Positions 54,755-64,000 of a stretch of DNA of 64,000 nucleotides are shown here, piece by piece. Where the stretch lies: the sequence record MH791414.1. One strand, given 5' to 3'. A program made the translations under genes and the position numbers. Position 1 is the first letter of the stretch. Each line of letters starts with the position of its first letter. The notes under the pieces were generated by a model. The model had not been told where the DNA came from, searched no databases, and saw nothing but the letters and a program-made list of their open reading frames with translations.

Positions 54755-55711
54755 TTATACTTCTCTAGCATTAGTCAATAGGTTTTGTGACTTTTGACGA
54801 GAGATTTGGTTTTTACGACCACGCCAATGTTTACCACAATCTGTACATTTGTACTGTTTGAATTTACTGACTTCAGTATATGCGAATCCAGCATCTTCAA
54901 ATTCATGACTACCACAGGTACATGTGAATTTATCCGAATCTGTATACAGGGAGAAATTCGGGAGACGGTCAGACCAAGGAGCCAATTTAATATAAAGCTC
55001 TTGAAGGGAAACAATATCATCAATATTGTAATCTTTCATTTCATCCCATGCTTCAAGATTCCCAGCCATACATTCCTTCCAAAGCTCGAAACCGGGGAAT
55101 TTATTATGTTTCGATTTTTTGGTTTCTGTGCATAGTTGGTCTGTCATGTATTCAAGCTTACGAGATGTAAACCCAAATGTGCGTTTTGCGATCTCCATTG
55201 TATCGATGTGTCTGATACCAGAGAATGGTTTCATACCATGGATAATCATACGAGCGCGAATTTTTGGTACGTCGAATCGACGACCATTTTGATGGATAAC
55301 AATATCGGCTTCATCAAGAAGTTCCCAAAGAACTTTAAGCATATTGGAATCATCGGTAATATCGTTTTCAGCTCTTTGATCCATGTAAATAATATCTTCG
55401 CTATCAAACCATTTTGCAGCAAAACTAAGCAAATGCCAATCTTGTTGAATTTGATTTAGACCTACGTTTTCTTTGAAAAGTCGCCATACGTTTGCGAGAA
55501 TTGGTGCAGTTTCAATATCAAGAAGTAATACACGAGGACCAGTTTTGAGGTCATCGATAATATCGTTTTCCTTCATATATCGTTCATAGTAATAATTTAC
55601 AGAAGATTTAGAGATACCTAGAGCCTTGGCAATAGACCGTGATCCCATCTTCTTATTTTCCTTCATGTCAACGATTTGACCAATCAGGCTGTTATAATTC
55701 TTAACGGACAT
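54755..55711 (-). CDS. DEDD/RNase H-like 3'-5' exonuclease with N-terminal HTH and C-terminal Zn ribbon
   Basis: LLDIET, HQNGRRFD, YNIDD; SRSIAKALGISKSSV HTH; CTCG...CTDCG. Confidence 0.8.
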   Translation of the reverse strand: MSVKNYNSLIGQIVDMKENKKMGSRSIAKALGISKSSVNYYYERYMKENDIIDDLKTGPRVLLLDIETAPILANVWRLFKENVGLNQIQQDWHLLSFAAKWFDSEDIIYMDQRAENDITDDSNMLKVLWELLDEADIVIHQNGRRFDVPKIRARMIIHGMKPFSGIRHIDTMEIAKRTFGFTSRKLEYMTDQLCTETKKSKHNKFPGFELWKECMAGNLEAWDEMKDYNIDDIVSLQELYIKLAPWSDRLPNFSLYTDSDKFTCTCGSHEFEDAGFAYTEVSKFKQYKCTDCGKHWRGRKNQISRQKSQNLLTNAREV

Positions 55712-55741
55712 TCTTTATACCTTTCTTTTTGAATATGTATC

Positions 55742-55750
55742 ATTATAACA
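55742..55750 (-). promoter_or_regulatory. extended -10 promoter
   Basis: TGT-TATAAT; no clear -35. Confidence 0.55.
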
Positions 55751-55779
55751 TAATGTCCTCATGTTCTGTATAATATAAA

Positions 55780-55799
55780 GGGGTTGAATACTCAACCCC
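55780..55799 (-). terminator. terminator after rIIB
   Basis: GGGGTTGA/TCAACCCC followed by TTTAT. Confidence 0.75.
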
Positions 55800-55820
55800 A
55801 CATCTCATTTACAACTATAT

Positions 55821-57065
55821 TTACCAGCAATTCCTTTGGTTAAACTCATGGCTGACATCTTCAATAACTTCGTATTTCCAAGTACGAAGTTTGGCATGGT
55901 CATATCCACGAGGAATAGCGACCACGTGTTCAGGATTAACCTTACACAGAATAACCCGGTCATGTGGGCAATGGGAGTAATGCGGGATATAACTCTTAGC
56001 TGCCACATGGTAACCACTGGAACACTCATTATTTCGGTCTGGGTCTACTTCAAAAGGTAACATTTCTGGAACCGACCCGATTGAGTTATCTACACTATTT
56101 GTATAGATATCCAAATAATCGTTGGTAACCCGCTTGTATGCAAGGAAGTGTCCGTCTTCGGTGATCTTGATGTCGTTATGCTTCAGGAAGTCGAAAAGCT
56201 CATATACGGCTTCACGGCGAGGATTACGAACAAGGTTCTTCAGGAATTCAACCAAGGTAGAAACATCTTGACCGGCTTTCCAAGACTCTATAATTCTACG
56301 GGTCATATTGGTGTCCAGAACAACATCTTTATATGTCAGGATGTTACCCTCGATCTTGATATCCCCATTTACATAGTTTTCAATTGCTCGTTTGACGGAA
56401 ATTAAACCAACCGCTTTTTCTACATCATTTTCATAAATCAGAACATTCCGAGCTTCTTCGAATTTAGGATGGCTAGAATCTGCGGTATAAGCTTCCCCAT
56501 CAACATAGCAGTTAATGAAAGAATGTCCACAGTTCCAAGAACTCACGACTTCTTTTTTCGGTGGTTCAACTACAATTTCAATTTCGACATATTCGGTCGG
56601 AGTTTCTTTCACAAGAACAGAAGCAACCGCCTTTTCGTGTTTTTTCTGGATACCCTTATGACGTCGAACTACATCACCAACCGTGGAACGGGGAATACCG
56701 GTTTGTCGAGAAATCTCATTTTGACTAAGACCGGATTCGTGGAGACGAATGATTTTTTGATCTCGGGTTTCTTCAACCGGTTTATTTTCAGCGAAATCAA
56801 AATTTGCCGCATAAAAAATATCAATAAGTTTAGCCGGGGTTATTTCTAGAAGTTCGTCAGATTCAGATTGGAACAGCTTCATATCCGGAATATCGAAATC
56901 AAATTCCTCTTCTAGGATCATAACCAGTTCGATCACATCAAGTTCATCCAAACCAAGATCACCAAATGTGTCTGTAGGTTGAATAACATCTCGTTTTGTG
57001 AATCCAAATTCTTCAATCAATGCTTTATGAAACACTTCTGAAATATTTTCTTTCGTAATAATCAT
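55821..57065 (-). CDS. rIIB: RIIB protein with N-terminal ACP-like domain and HTH
   Basis: C-terminal core (FLKHNDI.IT.DG...YKRV...CSSGYHV...KVNPEHVV) is RIIB-like; follows rIIA; likely start ATG 57065 behind SD GAGGA. Confidence 0.88.
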   Translation of the reverse strand: MIITKENISEVFHKALIEEFGFTKRDVIQPTDTFGDLGLDELDVIELVMILEEEFDFDIPDMKLFQSESDELLEITPAKLIDIFYAANFDFAENKPVEETRDQKIIRLHESGLSQNEISRQTGIPRSTVGDVVRRHKGIQKKHEKAVASVLVKETPTEYVEIEIVVEPPKKEVVSSWNCGHSFINCYVDGEAYTADSSHPKFEEARNVLIYENDVEKAVGLISVKRAIENYVNGDIKIEGNILTYKDVVLDTNMTRRIIESWKAGQDVSTLVEFLKNLVRNPRREAVYELFDFLKHNDIKITEDGHFLAYKRVTNDYLDIYTNSVDNSIGSVPEMLPFEVDPDRNNECSSGYHVAAKSYIPHYSHCPHDRVILCKVNPEHVVAIPRGYDHAKLRTWKYEVIEDVSHEFNQRNCW

Positions 57066-57073
57066 TTTAATCC

Positions 57074-59356
57074 TCATTTGGATTGGGGGAAATCATCCCC
57101 CAACACATTTTTGTTAATTTCATCTTTCAGAACACCATCAATTGTAATATAGCTGAAATTTCTAGTTTTAGTAGTCATTAGAGTATATGCCATAATGTGG
57201 TCTTTCTTAAGTTTTTCTGTGAAATCTGTAATTTTTTGGGTTTGTTCCAACTTGACCTCAGAAACAATATTCCCATATTTTCCCATGTAGTCAGCAGGTA
57301 GGATAGTCTCACAATATCTAAACAGGCGGTCAAGGTAACCATCCCAATCTTTTTTAAGACTCAGTTTGAAATGGCTAATAATCTCTTCTGTATAATTATG
57401 TAGTGTTAAGTCATTAATGAAATAACCTACTTTATCTTTCGAGAATTGTTTTTCCAATTCACTTTGCATGATTTTGGAAATATCAGATTTATCCAATCTC
57501 TTCAGATTTTTATTCTTTTCGGCTTGTTTAGTATGTACCTTATTGAGTTTGAAAACATTCTCTTTAAGGATATCACTAACCATTGCCAAAATGTAATCTT
57601 CTACTTGAAGATTCATTTGTGTTTCGTCTGAGTCAACAACGTGTCCGTGGATCATACCCACATAATATCCAGAAAGGTCCTTGATGTCTTTTGAAACACA
57701 ATAAATCTCTTGAATTCCAGTGTTTGGGGAATGGTATTTTACGTTTGGTTTACCTGCCCTGCTTTCTACAGGGTTATTTTTTCTCCATTCCTTCCGGCGT
57801 TCAGATTGAAGTTCCTTTTCGCGAGCAATGATATCCGGTCCGTACTTTTCCCAAACCTTATTTGCATCAACAACTTCGATGTCATCTTTGTGATATCGTT
57901 TTGCGATCTCAACAAAGACGTCTTTAACGATTTTGGAAATCCTCTTATTATAATGGTTAGTATTGAAAACAATCATAGAACCATTATTAATGTAACCTTC
58001 TTCGTGAAGCTTCTTAAGCTTTTTTCTGTACCCACGTGCATCGGTATCAATTAATACCATCGCAGCATTCAAACGGAATTGGTTATATCTCGGGTCAACA
58101 AAAGAATCCATCACATAAGTATAAGCATCCGAAGAATACCGACTTGAATGATAAGCACGTTTTCGGTTGTAGATCCTACCGTTGGTTGTCCCCATTCCTG
58201 ATGTGCGATAAGTAGTGATATCTTTATTTTTTGGATCATCCTTAACAAGGGAAAGATACCTCAACCAAGGACTCGAAAGTTCAAAGGAATTATAGAACTT
58301 TTCCCAATCCTTCAACGATTTACCGTTGTGGAAAATATCATTACAGATTTTACTGAAAATAGAATTACCCTGATCAAGTTTTTTGATTGCATTAATCTTA
58401 GCTCTTGCGTCTTTTTGACCTTCAATCGCTTGATCTACCATCTTAATAACTTGGTCGTTATACGTCTGGAAATACGACTTCAAGGTTTCCATCGTATGTT
58501 TATCTAGGCTCAATTCTTCCCGGTTTGGTAGCATATTAACAGAACCCATCGGAAAATCTACAAATCGTTTCGCATGGGGCGGGAAGAATATTTCTGCCAG
58601 CGTATTTTCGAATACGTCTCGTGGGATTTCATAAGGAACACCACCCATCACCGCATACACACCAGATTTATATAGTTCTGGTGAAGAACAATCGTTATTC
58701 TCCCAATCTTTATAATTCAAAAGATCGATAGACATCCCTTTATAGTTCGGGTAATAACCGTTCTTATCAAATGTGAAGTACACATACTGACTTTCTTTGA
58801 TGAAGGTTGGAATATCATCTTCTTTAACCGGAATGACGATTTCAACGCCTGTAGGCTCGTCTGAGGGACCTTCGAACACAGGAACACAGTTTGGTTCACC
58901 GTCGTTCATATAAATGCTATAAACGGTTTTGGTGCCGTTAAAATAGGACGTTACGGTAAAGTTTGTAGTGTAGCAAAAAGGACTTTTCGAACCTAGACCA
59001 AATGCCCCGATAAAATCGTCTGATTGGTCTTTAGACGAAGCAAAATAAGTTGCGAAAAGTCGAAAAATATTTTCTTTATCAAGACCAATCCCGTAATCTC
59101 GAAGTTTCCATTGGAGATCCAGAATAGAAGGGAGAGTAACATCAAAATATTTTGGTGGACTGCCGCCTGCTAGTTCCAAGGCTTTATGACCATCGATAGC
59201 GTTACAGCTCAACTCACGAATAAAAGCACGGATCTTATACTTATACAACCCAGAAGAAAGAATTGTATAAGCTTTCTTGTTAAATTCCATCCCATAGGTA
59301 CGCCCTTCTTCCGTAGTCGAGCTATGGACCGGGGAGTGATGTTCAACCATTTTCAT
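57074..59356 (-). CDS. rIIA: RIIA protein (GHKL-type ATPase N-terminus)
   Basis: IRELSCNAIDG, RDYGIG, SK..SDDFIGAFGLGSKSPF. Confidence 0.92.
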   Translation of the reverse strand: MKMVEHHSPVHSSTTEEGRTYGMEFNKKAYTILSSGLYKYKIRAFIRELSCNAIDGHKALELAGGSPPKYFDVTLPSILDLQWKLRDYGIGLDKENIFRLFATYFASSKDQSDDFIGAFGLGSKSPFCYTTNFTVTSYFNGTKTVYSIYMNDGEPNCVPVFEGPSDEPTGVEIVIPVKEDDIPTFIKESQYVYFTFDKNGYYPNYKGMSIDLLNYKDWENNDCSSPELYKSGVYAVMGGVPYEIPRDVFENTLAEIFFPPHAKRFVDFPMGSVNMLPNREELSLDKHTMETLKSYFQTYNDQVIKMVDQAIEGQKDARAKINAIKKLDQGNSIFSKICNDIFHNGKSLKDWEKFYNSFELSSPWLRYLSLVKDDPKNKDITTYRTSGMGTTNGRIYNRKRAYHSSRYSSDAYTYVMDSFVDPRYNQFRLNAAMVLIDTDARGYRKKLKKLHEEGYINNGSMIVFNTNHYNKRISKIVKDVFVEIAKRYHKDDIEVVDANKVWEKYGPDIIAREKELQSERRKEWRKNNPVESRAGKPNVKYHSPNTGIQEIYCVSKDIKDLSGYYVGMIHGHVVDSDETQMNLQVEDYILAMVSDILKENVFKLNKVHTKQAEKNKNLKRLDKSDISKIMQSELEKQFSKDKVGYFINDLTLHNYTEEIISHFKLSLKKDWDGYLDRLFRYCETILPADYMGKYGNIVSEVKLEQTQKITDFTEKLKKDHIMAYTLMTTKTRNFSYITIDGVLKDEINKNVLGDDFPQSK

Positions 59357-60039
59357 TATTACAAATTCCTCATAAATTTATTAGACAACAGACAAAAATT
59401 GCTCAACTTCATCAGCAGAGAAGTGATAGATAAGACCATCGATTTCTTGTGGTTCGCCATCGATATCAATAACAAACTCGTTACCAGAAGCCCAAATATC
59501 AACACCGACCAAATAAAAAGTATCGATACCTTCTTTATCTAGAAAGTCTACGATTTTTTTATTACCCAAAGCACCAGACTCTAGAATTTCACCATAATTA
59601 ATGAATTCTTGCTTATGATTTTCGCTTTTGAATCGAAATCGCATATTATGCATTTTATTTCTCCATTTCATGGTCTAGATAAAGATCTAGCCATTCATTA
59701 GCCAGATCGTCAAGGTTTGGATTATCATAACCTAAAATCAATTTCCAATCAACCGTTTTTTGGTTTATAGATTTTTCATTTTTGATTGCTTCGTGTAGCT
59801 TCTTAATCTCGATTAGAACTTCATCAATCTGTTCAATATCGTTTTCTTCACAAAACGTCTTCCATTCTTGGATTTGAAGTCCATACCAAGAGTATAGCTT
59901 ATCACGAATAAACCAAACTGGTTTCTTTTTTCCGATGGATACAGTGTGGCTCACTTTTTTTGATAAGTCAGATAGATTAGATCTCATATTTTCACCATTG
60001 TATGATATTGGGGTTAACAATGTCAACCCCTTTAATATA

Positions 60040-62046
60040 TTACTCTTCGTCTTCCATCCAATCTTTTCTGAGGGAAGAGATTTTACCAAAGAACATTTCT
60101 AGGGATTCATCTGACTTCGTATCTACGTCAATCACCTCCAGATATGGGTCTCGAATACACTTCTTGTAATCTTCCAGCTTTAGCTGACCCAAACCTTTAA
60201 TGTGTTTATGTACCCAACCCTTTCCAACGAACTTTTTGTTGTTGAATTCGTTGGTATCATAACACCATACGGTTTCTTTACCTTTAGTGCTGATATACTC
60301 AGGTGTACGACATACCAACAACCGACCTTGATCGATGAAATGTTTCCAATACTTGTGGAACAGAGAAATTATCAATGGGCTGATATGACCTCGACCATCC
60401 GGATCCGCATCCACTAGAATAGCAACATAATCATAATTTGCAGATGTGTTTCGTCTAACCCCTGATTGTTGCCGATAATGCTTAACATTCGGACTCATTT
60501 CACGGATCCACTCAACCCCGGAGATTAAGTCCCTTGCTTGTTTCCAAACCCCATTTACAAGAACCTCGTCGTTTTCAGCAACAACTAAATCCCCGTTTCG
60601 ATAAAAGTCTCCCGGTGGTTGCTCTTTGTTTTCATCAAGGGGCATACCCATGATCGAAACGATCTCCGAGATTTCTTTATTCTTCATCACCTTGGCGATA
60701 TTGTCCTGTTTATGAACAGACAACAGTTTACCACGAAGTGGGAACCCGCCTTGTGTATCTTTATCTCGACTAGATGCAAAAAATCCAATTGCGGAATCAC
60801 CTTCTGTCAAGAACAGAGTTGTTTCAAAACCCTTTTTACCATATTTGTTTGCTGCAACGTGCTTTGGTACGTTAGAAGATAATGCCTTCTTTTGTGCCTT
60901 TGTTGCAAGTGCTTTTTCTATTGCATCACGCTTGGCAATTGCACTCTGTACAATTGGCATGATCACCGATTCGTTAGAGATAACCTTTTTGGCTAATGAC
61001 TTGAAGTCAATATCACAATGGTCCTTGATTTGACCGTTTGAGTTACTAAGTCTTTCTTTAGTCTGCCCATCGAATTTCGCACCAACGAAATTACGTAGAG
61101 AGATAAAAATCAAGGTATTTTCTTTAATACGAGCCTTGTTAATTTCGACTTTAAATTTTCTCTTGATCATAGGTGTTAGTTCATCACACAACCCGTTGAT
61201 CAGATATTCAACATGGTTCCCACCTTGTTTAGTGTGGACACCGTTCACATAGCTTAGTTGTCTGAATTCGTCAGAAGTTCCGATAAAGAAAGAACAATTA
61301 TCATTTTCAAAAACGATAGGGTCCCCGAAATCTGAAGAGAACTTTTTGAGCTTTGATTCTACACGTTTTTTGTTAAATGTAAACTTTACTTGTGGAAATA
61401 AAACAGACAGGATTTCCACACGAGAACGGATAACGTCTATTAGATCATCACAGATGTTAAAAACGCCAAACTTCCCGATCAGATCTGGTATAAATTCAAC
61501 TGTTGTACCCTGTTTCCCGCCTTTTGTTGTCGAATAGTCTTGATTTTCTGCGTTTTGGGTGCAATAGATTGTTACTGTGTTTTTCCCGTCGCATGTGGAC
61601 GCACGAAACATAGTCGAATATAGGTTTGTAAGTACAGACCCAACACCATTTTTACCAATCCCTTTTCTTTCTTTATCGAAGTTGCCACCGGATCGGGCGC
61701 GAGTATAACAAGCCAATGGGTAAGGGATAATCTCACCTTCTGGGGTTTCCACATCATACTGAGGGATCCCACGACCGTTATCCGCGATGGTGATGCGATT
61801 TTCTTGATCGTCGATTGATACATCAATTTTATTTGCAAATTTAAAATCAGTGCGGATTGCTTCATCTACAGAGTTATCAATAATTTCATCGATAATCTTT
61901 GCCATACCGGGAATATATCTTTTTTCTACGAATGTACCGTTATCCAAGACGACATGTGTCTCTTCAGATACAGACCCAATATACATATCTTCGTTCATAA
62001 AGATATGTTCATAATCTGATAGAATTTTACCTTCTTGTTCCTTCAT
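60040..62046 (-). CDS. 39: type II DNA topoisomerase large subunit, uninterrupted gp39+gp60
   Basis: EIIDNSVDE, DNGRGIP, GKNGVG, TEGDSA, PLRGK, DADPDG, KGLG; carries the T4-type NENDEV..NG insert. Confidence 0.95.
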   Translation of the reverse strand: MKEQEGKILSDYEHIFMNEDMYIGSVSEETHVVLDNGTFVEKRYIPGMAKIIDEIIDNSVDEAIRTDFKFANKIDVSIDDQENRITIADNGRGIPQYDVETPEGEIIPYPLACYTRARSGGNFDKERKGIGKNGVGSVLTNLYSTMFRASTCDGKNTVTIYCTQNAENQDYSTTKGGKQGTTVEFIPDLIGKFGVFNICDDLIDVIRSRVEILSVLFPQVKFTFNKKRVESKLKKFSSDFGDPIVFENDNCSFFIGTSDEFRQLSYVNGVHTKQGGNHVEYLINGLCDELTPMIKRKFKVEINKARIKENTLIFISLRNFVGAKFDGQTKERLSNSNGQIKDHCDIDFKSLAKKVISNESVIMPIVQSAIAKRDAIEKALATKAQKKALSSNVPKHVAANKYGKKGFETTLFLTEGDSAIGFFASSRDKDTQGGFPLRGKLLSVHKQDNIAKVMKNKEISEIVSIMGMPLDENKEQPPGDFYRNGDLVVAENDEVLVNGVWKQARDLISGVEWIREMSPNVKHYRQQSGVRRNTSANYDYVAILVDADPDGRGHISPLIISLFHKYWKHFIDQGRLLVCRTPEYISTKGKETVWCYDTNEFNNKKFVGKGWVHKHIKGLGQLKLEDYKKCIRDPYLEVIDVDTKSDESLEMFFGKISSLRKDWMEDEE

Positions 62047-62423
62047 TTTACCTCACTTTAAAAAACCATAACGTTTCAGGATCTCTACTGACTTTTCGTC
62101 ATCGAGAGAAACGGAGTTATATCGATTATTTATATTCAACTCTTTGTACATAGTATAATTGATTTCCGGAGGAACATGGATATAGTTTGTCAAAAAGAAT
62201 GCTGGTTCGTAATCGGCTTCGTAGCAGATGTAAGATTGGTTTTCAATAAATTTCAGATCGACCAACTTATATGATCCGCAAATATCACCATTGATACTTT
62301 TTGTACTTACCCAAAACATTCGAGCCGAGCAGTATGGTTTTTCTTTTAGGCGGTCTTTTGCGACCTCTACCAGTTCTGGCCTGTGTTGATGTTCAAAATT
62401 CATGTGTGTTCCTCAATAAAGAA

Positions 62424-62440
62424 AGGGGATAGTCTCCCCT
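62424..62440 (-). terminator. intrinsic terminator
   Basis: AGGGGA/TCCCCT followed by TTCTTT. Confidence 0.6.
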
Positions 62441-62991
62441 TAAATTTTTTCGAGATAATAACTAGAAGTATCTTTTGATTGGTCTTCTACCTTTGTTGCA
62501 ATGTAAAACGCCTGACGGCTACCATCTGCAACTATATAATATCGGTATACAATGTATTGATTGTATACATTTTTGGTATAGAAATAATCGTCACCAATGA
62601 TATATTCAAAGAATTCCTTTGTTAGATGAGATCCAATTATCACAGGTAGTTCAACATTAAGGTTACCGTTACCGGTCCCGCTGGATACCCTGACACGACA
62701 CGAATTTTCTATGGATGGTCTCACGAACCAACTATCTTTATTGAAATCAAATGGGTTTTCTGGTGATATTGGGAAATGTTTAATCGCCCATTCTTTAGCA
62801 ATTTCTCTATGCATTATTCCACCTTGGAGTATACAACAACCCCATCATATTGTTCATATTGACAAACCAAGGATCCGTCTTTGTAGAAAGACATGATGTG
62901 ACCATCTGCATCATAAGAAGTTTTGGATTCCACACCATCAGCATAAGCCAGTTCTTCGAATTCTTCTTTAGTGATATCTACCATCATTTTA

Positions 62992-63654
62992 TCATCCTCT
63001 TTGTGAATTTGGGTCAACATCCGTTGGGATTGGTTCTAACCCATACGAATATCGTTTTGAGTACAGCAACATCATAACATCCCTTGCTGCATCATGCAAT
63101 GAATTATGTTTTGTGAACCCCGGTAAACTACCTACCGGGAGCGGGCAATAAGTCACATCCCGAGATAGGTTAGATTCTATCGCAGTCCTAACTTCACGGA
63201 AATTGTTAAACATCACTGGCATGTTATCAGTTACTTCGTCATCTTTCAAGTGATAAACGCAACTAAACCAACTACGTAGCCAAACGACATCCATTTCACC
63301 ACGAGTCCAGATATGAGATTTCTTAAATTTAACACCGGTATCTAGGAAGAACTGTCTCAACTCTTCGGCGGATTCGTACAAAGACTTATCCTCAGATGAG
63401 GGTTTTAGGAGAAGTTTAGCAGCATCCCCCTGTTTTTTCCACCACGCCAGCGTACTCTGGCTATATGTTCTACCAAGATATTTTTGCGACTTGATGTTAA
63501 ATTTAAACTTTTTACCACATGCAACTAATTCATTAAAATTTGGAGTATTACTTGGATCCATTATAAACGGAATTATAGAAAATTCAACAAGAATCGCATT
63601 TTCAACTGTATTCAATGATTCGAAGTCGATTAGGTAATCTGTTATCGGGTCCAT
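62992..63654 (-). CDS. dexA: exonuclease A
   Basis: LIDFES, TLAWWKKQ, W.RG..D, HNSLHDAARD. Confidence 0.85.
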   Translation of the reverse strand: MDPITDYLIDFESLNTVENAILVEFSIIPFIMDPSNTPNFNELVACGKKFKFNIKSQKYLGRTYSQSTLAWWKKQGDAAKLLLKPSSEDKSLYESAEELRQFFLDTGVKFKKSHIWTRGEMDVVWLRSWFSCVYHLKDDEVTDNMPVMFNNFREVRTAIESNLSRDVTYCPLPVGSLPGFTKHNSLHDAARDVMMLLYSKRYSYGLEPIPTDVDPNSQRG

Positions 63655-64000
63655 TACGCTGTCCCCGAAGATCCAATCCCAGCATCACCACGAGAAGTAA
63701 CATTTTCAAACTGTTCAACACGATTAAATTTCAGTTGGTTGAATACCGGGATGAACACCATTTGACAGAACCGTTCCCCTGCTGGGATATGAAGAACCTT
63801 ATTGAAACTAATGGGGTCTTGTTCGTTTACGTAATGTTCATTTCGAACCTTAACCATGATTTCACCTTGATAGTTTCCATCAATCAGACCCACGGTGTTA
63901 GCCAACCGAGTATAAAATTTGAAACCAAGACCAGAACGAGGGAGGACCATGGCAGCAATACCAAGACCCGGAACACCAGTATCAAATTGGCTCATATCAA
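63654..64000 (-). CDS. dut: trimeric dUTPase, 5' end outside the window
   Basis: PRSGLG, GLIDGNYQGEI, ERFCQMV, RGDAGIGSSG; frame is open to the window edge. Confidence 0.9.
   Translation of the reverse strand, partial: DMSQFDTGVPGLGIAAMVLPRSGLGFKFYTRLANTVGLIDGNYQGEIMVKVRNEHYVNEQDPISFNKVLHIPAGERFCQMVFIPVFNQLKFNRVEQFENVTSRGDAGIGSSGTA

Noticed and set aside
56808-57065. A functional (loadable) phage acyl carrier protein
   Set aside because: The essential Ser is Glu, and no PPTase or fatty-acid/PKS genes were recognised in the window
60380-60520. T4 gene 60-type ribosomal hop or 39/60 split
   Set aside because: Frame is open through the junction and through DADPDGRG; no coding gap
1972-62896. 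Remaining plus-strand ORFs and nested alternative-frame minus-strand ORFs in the track
   Set aside because: They overlap better-supported genes, lack SD sequences and have shadow-ORF composition (F/I/L/S rich)
1-64000. tRNA, rRNA, CRISPR arrays, IS elements, integrase
   Set aside because: No cloverleaf/T-loop consensus, regular repeat-spacer pattern or transposase motif recognised by eye; tRNAscan-SE/Infernal would be needed to exclude small RNAs

Overview
AT-rich 64-kb segment of a T4-like (Straboviridae-type) lytic myophage genome, almost certainly infecting a gammaproteobacterium. Nearly all real genes are on the minus strand; the one convincing plus-strand gene is a free-standing homing endonuclease. 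T4-type core genes, in transcription order (high to low coordinates): dUTPase (cut by the window edge), dexA, fused topoisomerase 39+60, rIIA, rIIB, vs.1, pseT, cd, 31, rIII, 30.3 (NADAR), frd, td, denA, rnlA. Between them lie many small hypothetical ORFs and accessory enzymes: CCA-adding enzyme, two further nucleotidyltransferase-like proteins, HD hydrolase, TraR/DksA-type Zn finger, PRPS-like + NAMPT-like pair (NARP1-like NAD salvage), UvsE, SprT protease, GNAT, DEDD exonuclease, 2OG-Fe(II) dioxygenase, CYTH and a DNA amino-methyltransferase. Sigma70-like promoters, intrinsic terminators and a recurrent CTAAATA late-promoter-like motif are visible. Most notable: (1) an acyl-carrier-protein-like domain with the phosphopantetheine Ser replaced by Glu, fused to the N-terminus of RIIB; (2) a nucleotidyltransferase-like enzyme preceded by two precursor-like peptides ending in W-x(1-2)-SS-x(0-3)-C; (3) a terminator-bounded putative late unit of candidate capsid-packaged proteins, one with a BECR-RNase-like core and a cleavable acidic tail; (4) a circularly permuted gamma-type methyltransferase. 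All family calls come from motif recognition by eye; no database search was run. No tRNA, rRNA or CRISPR array was recognised.
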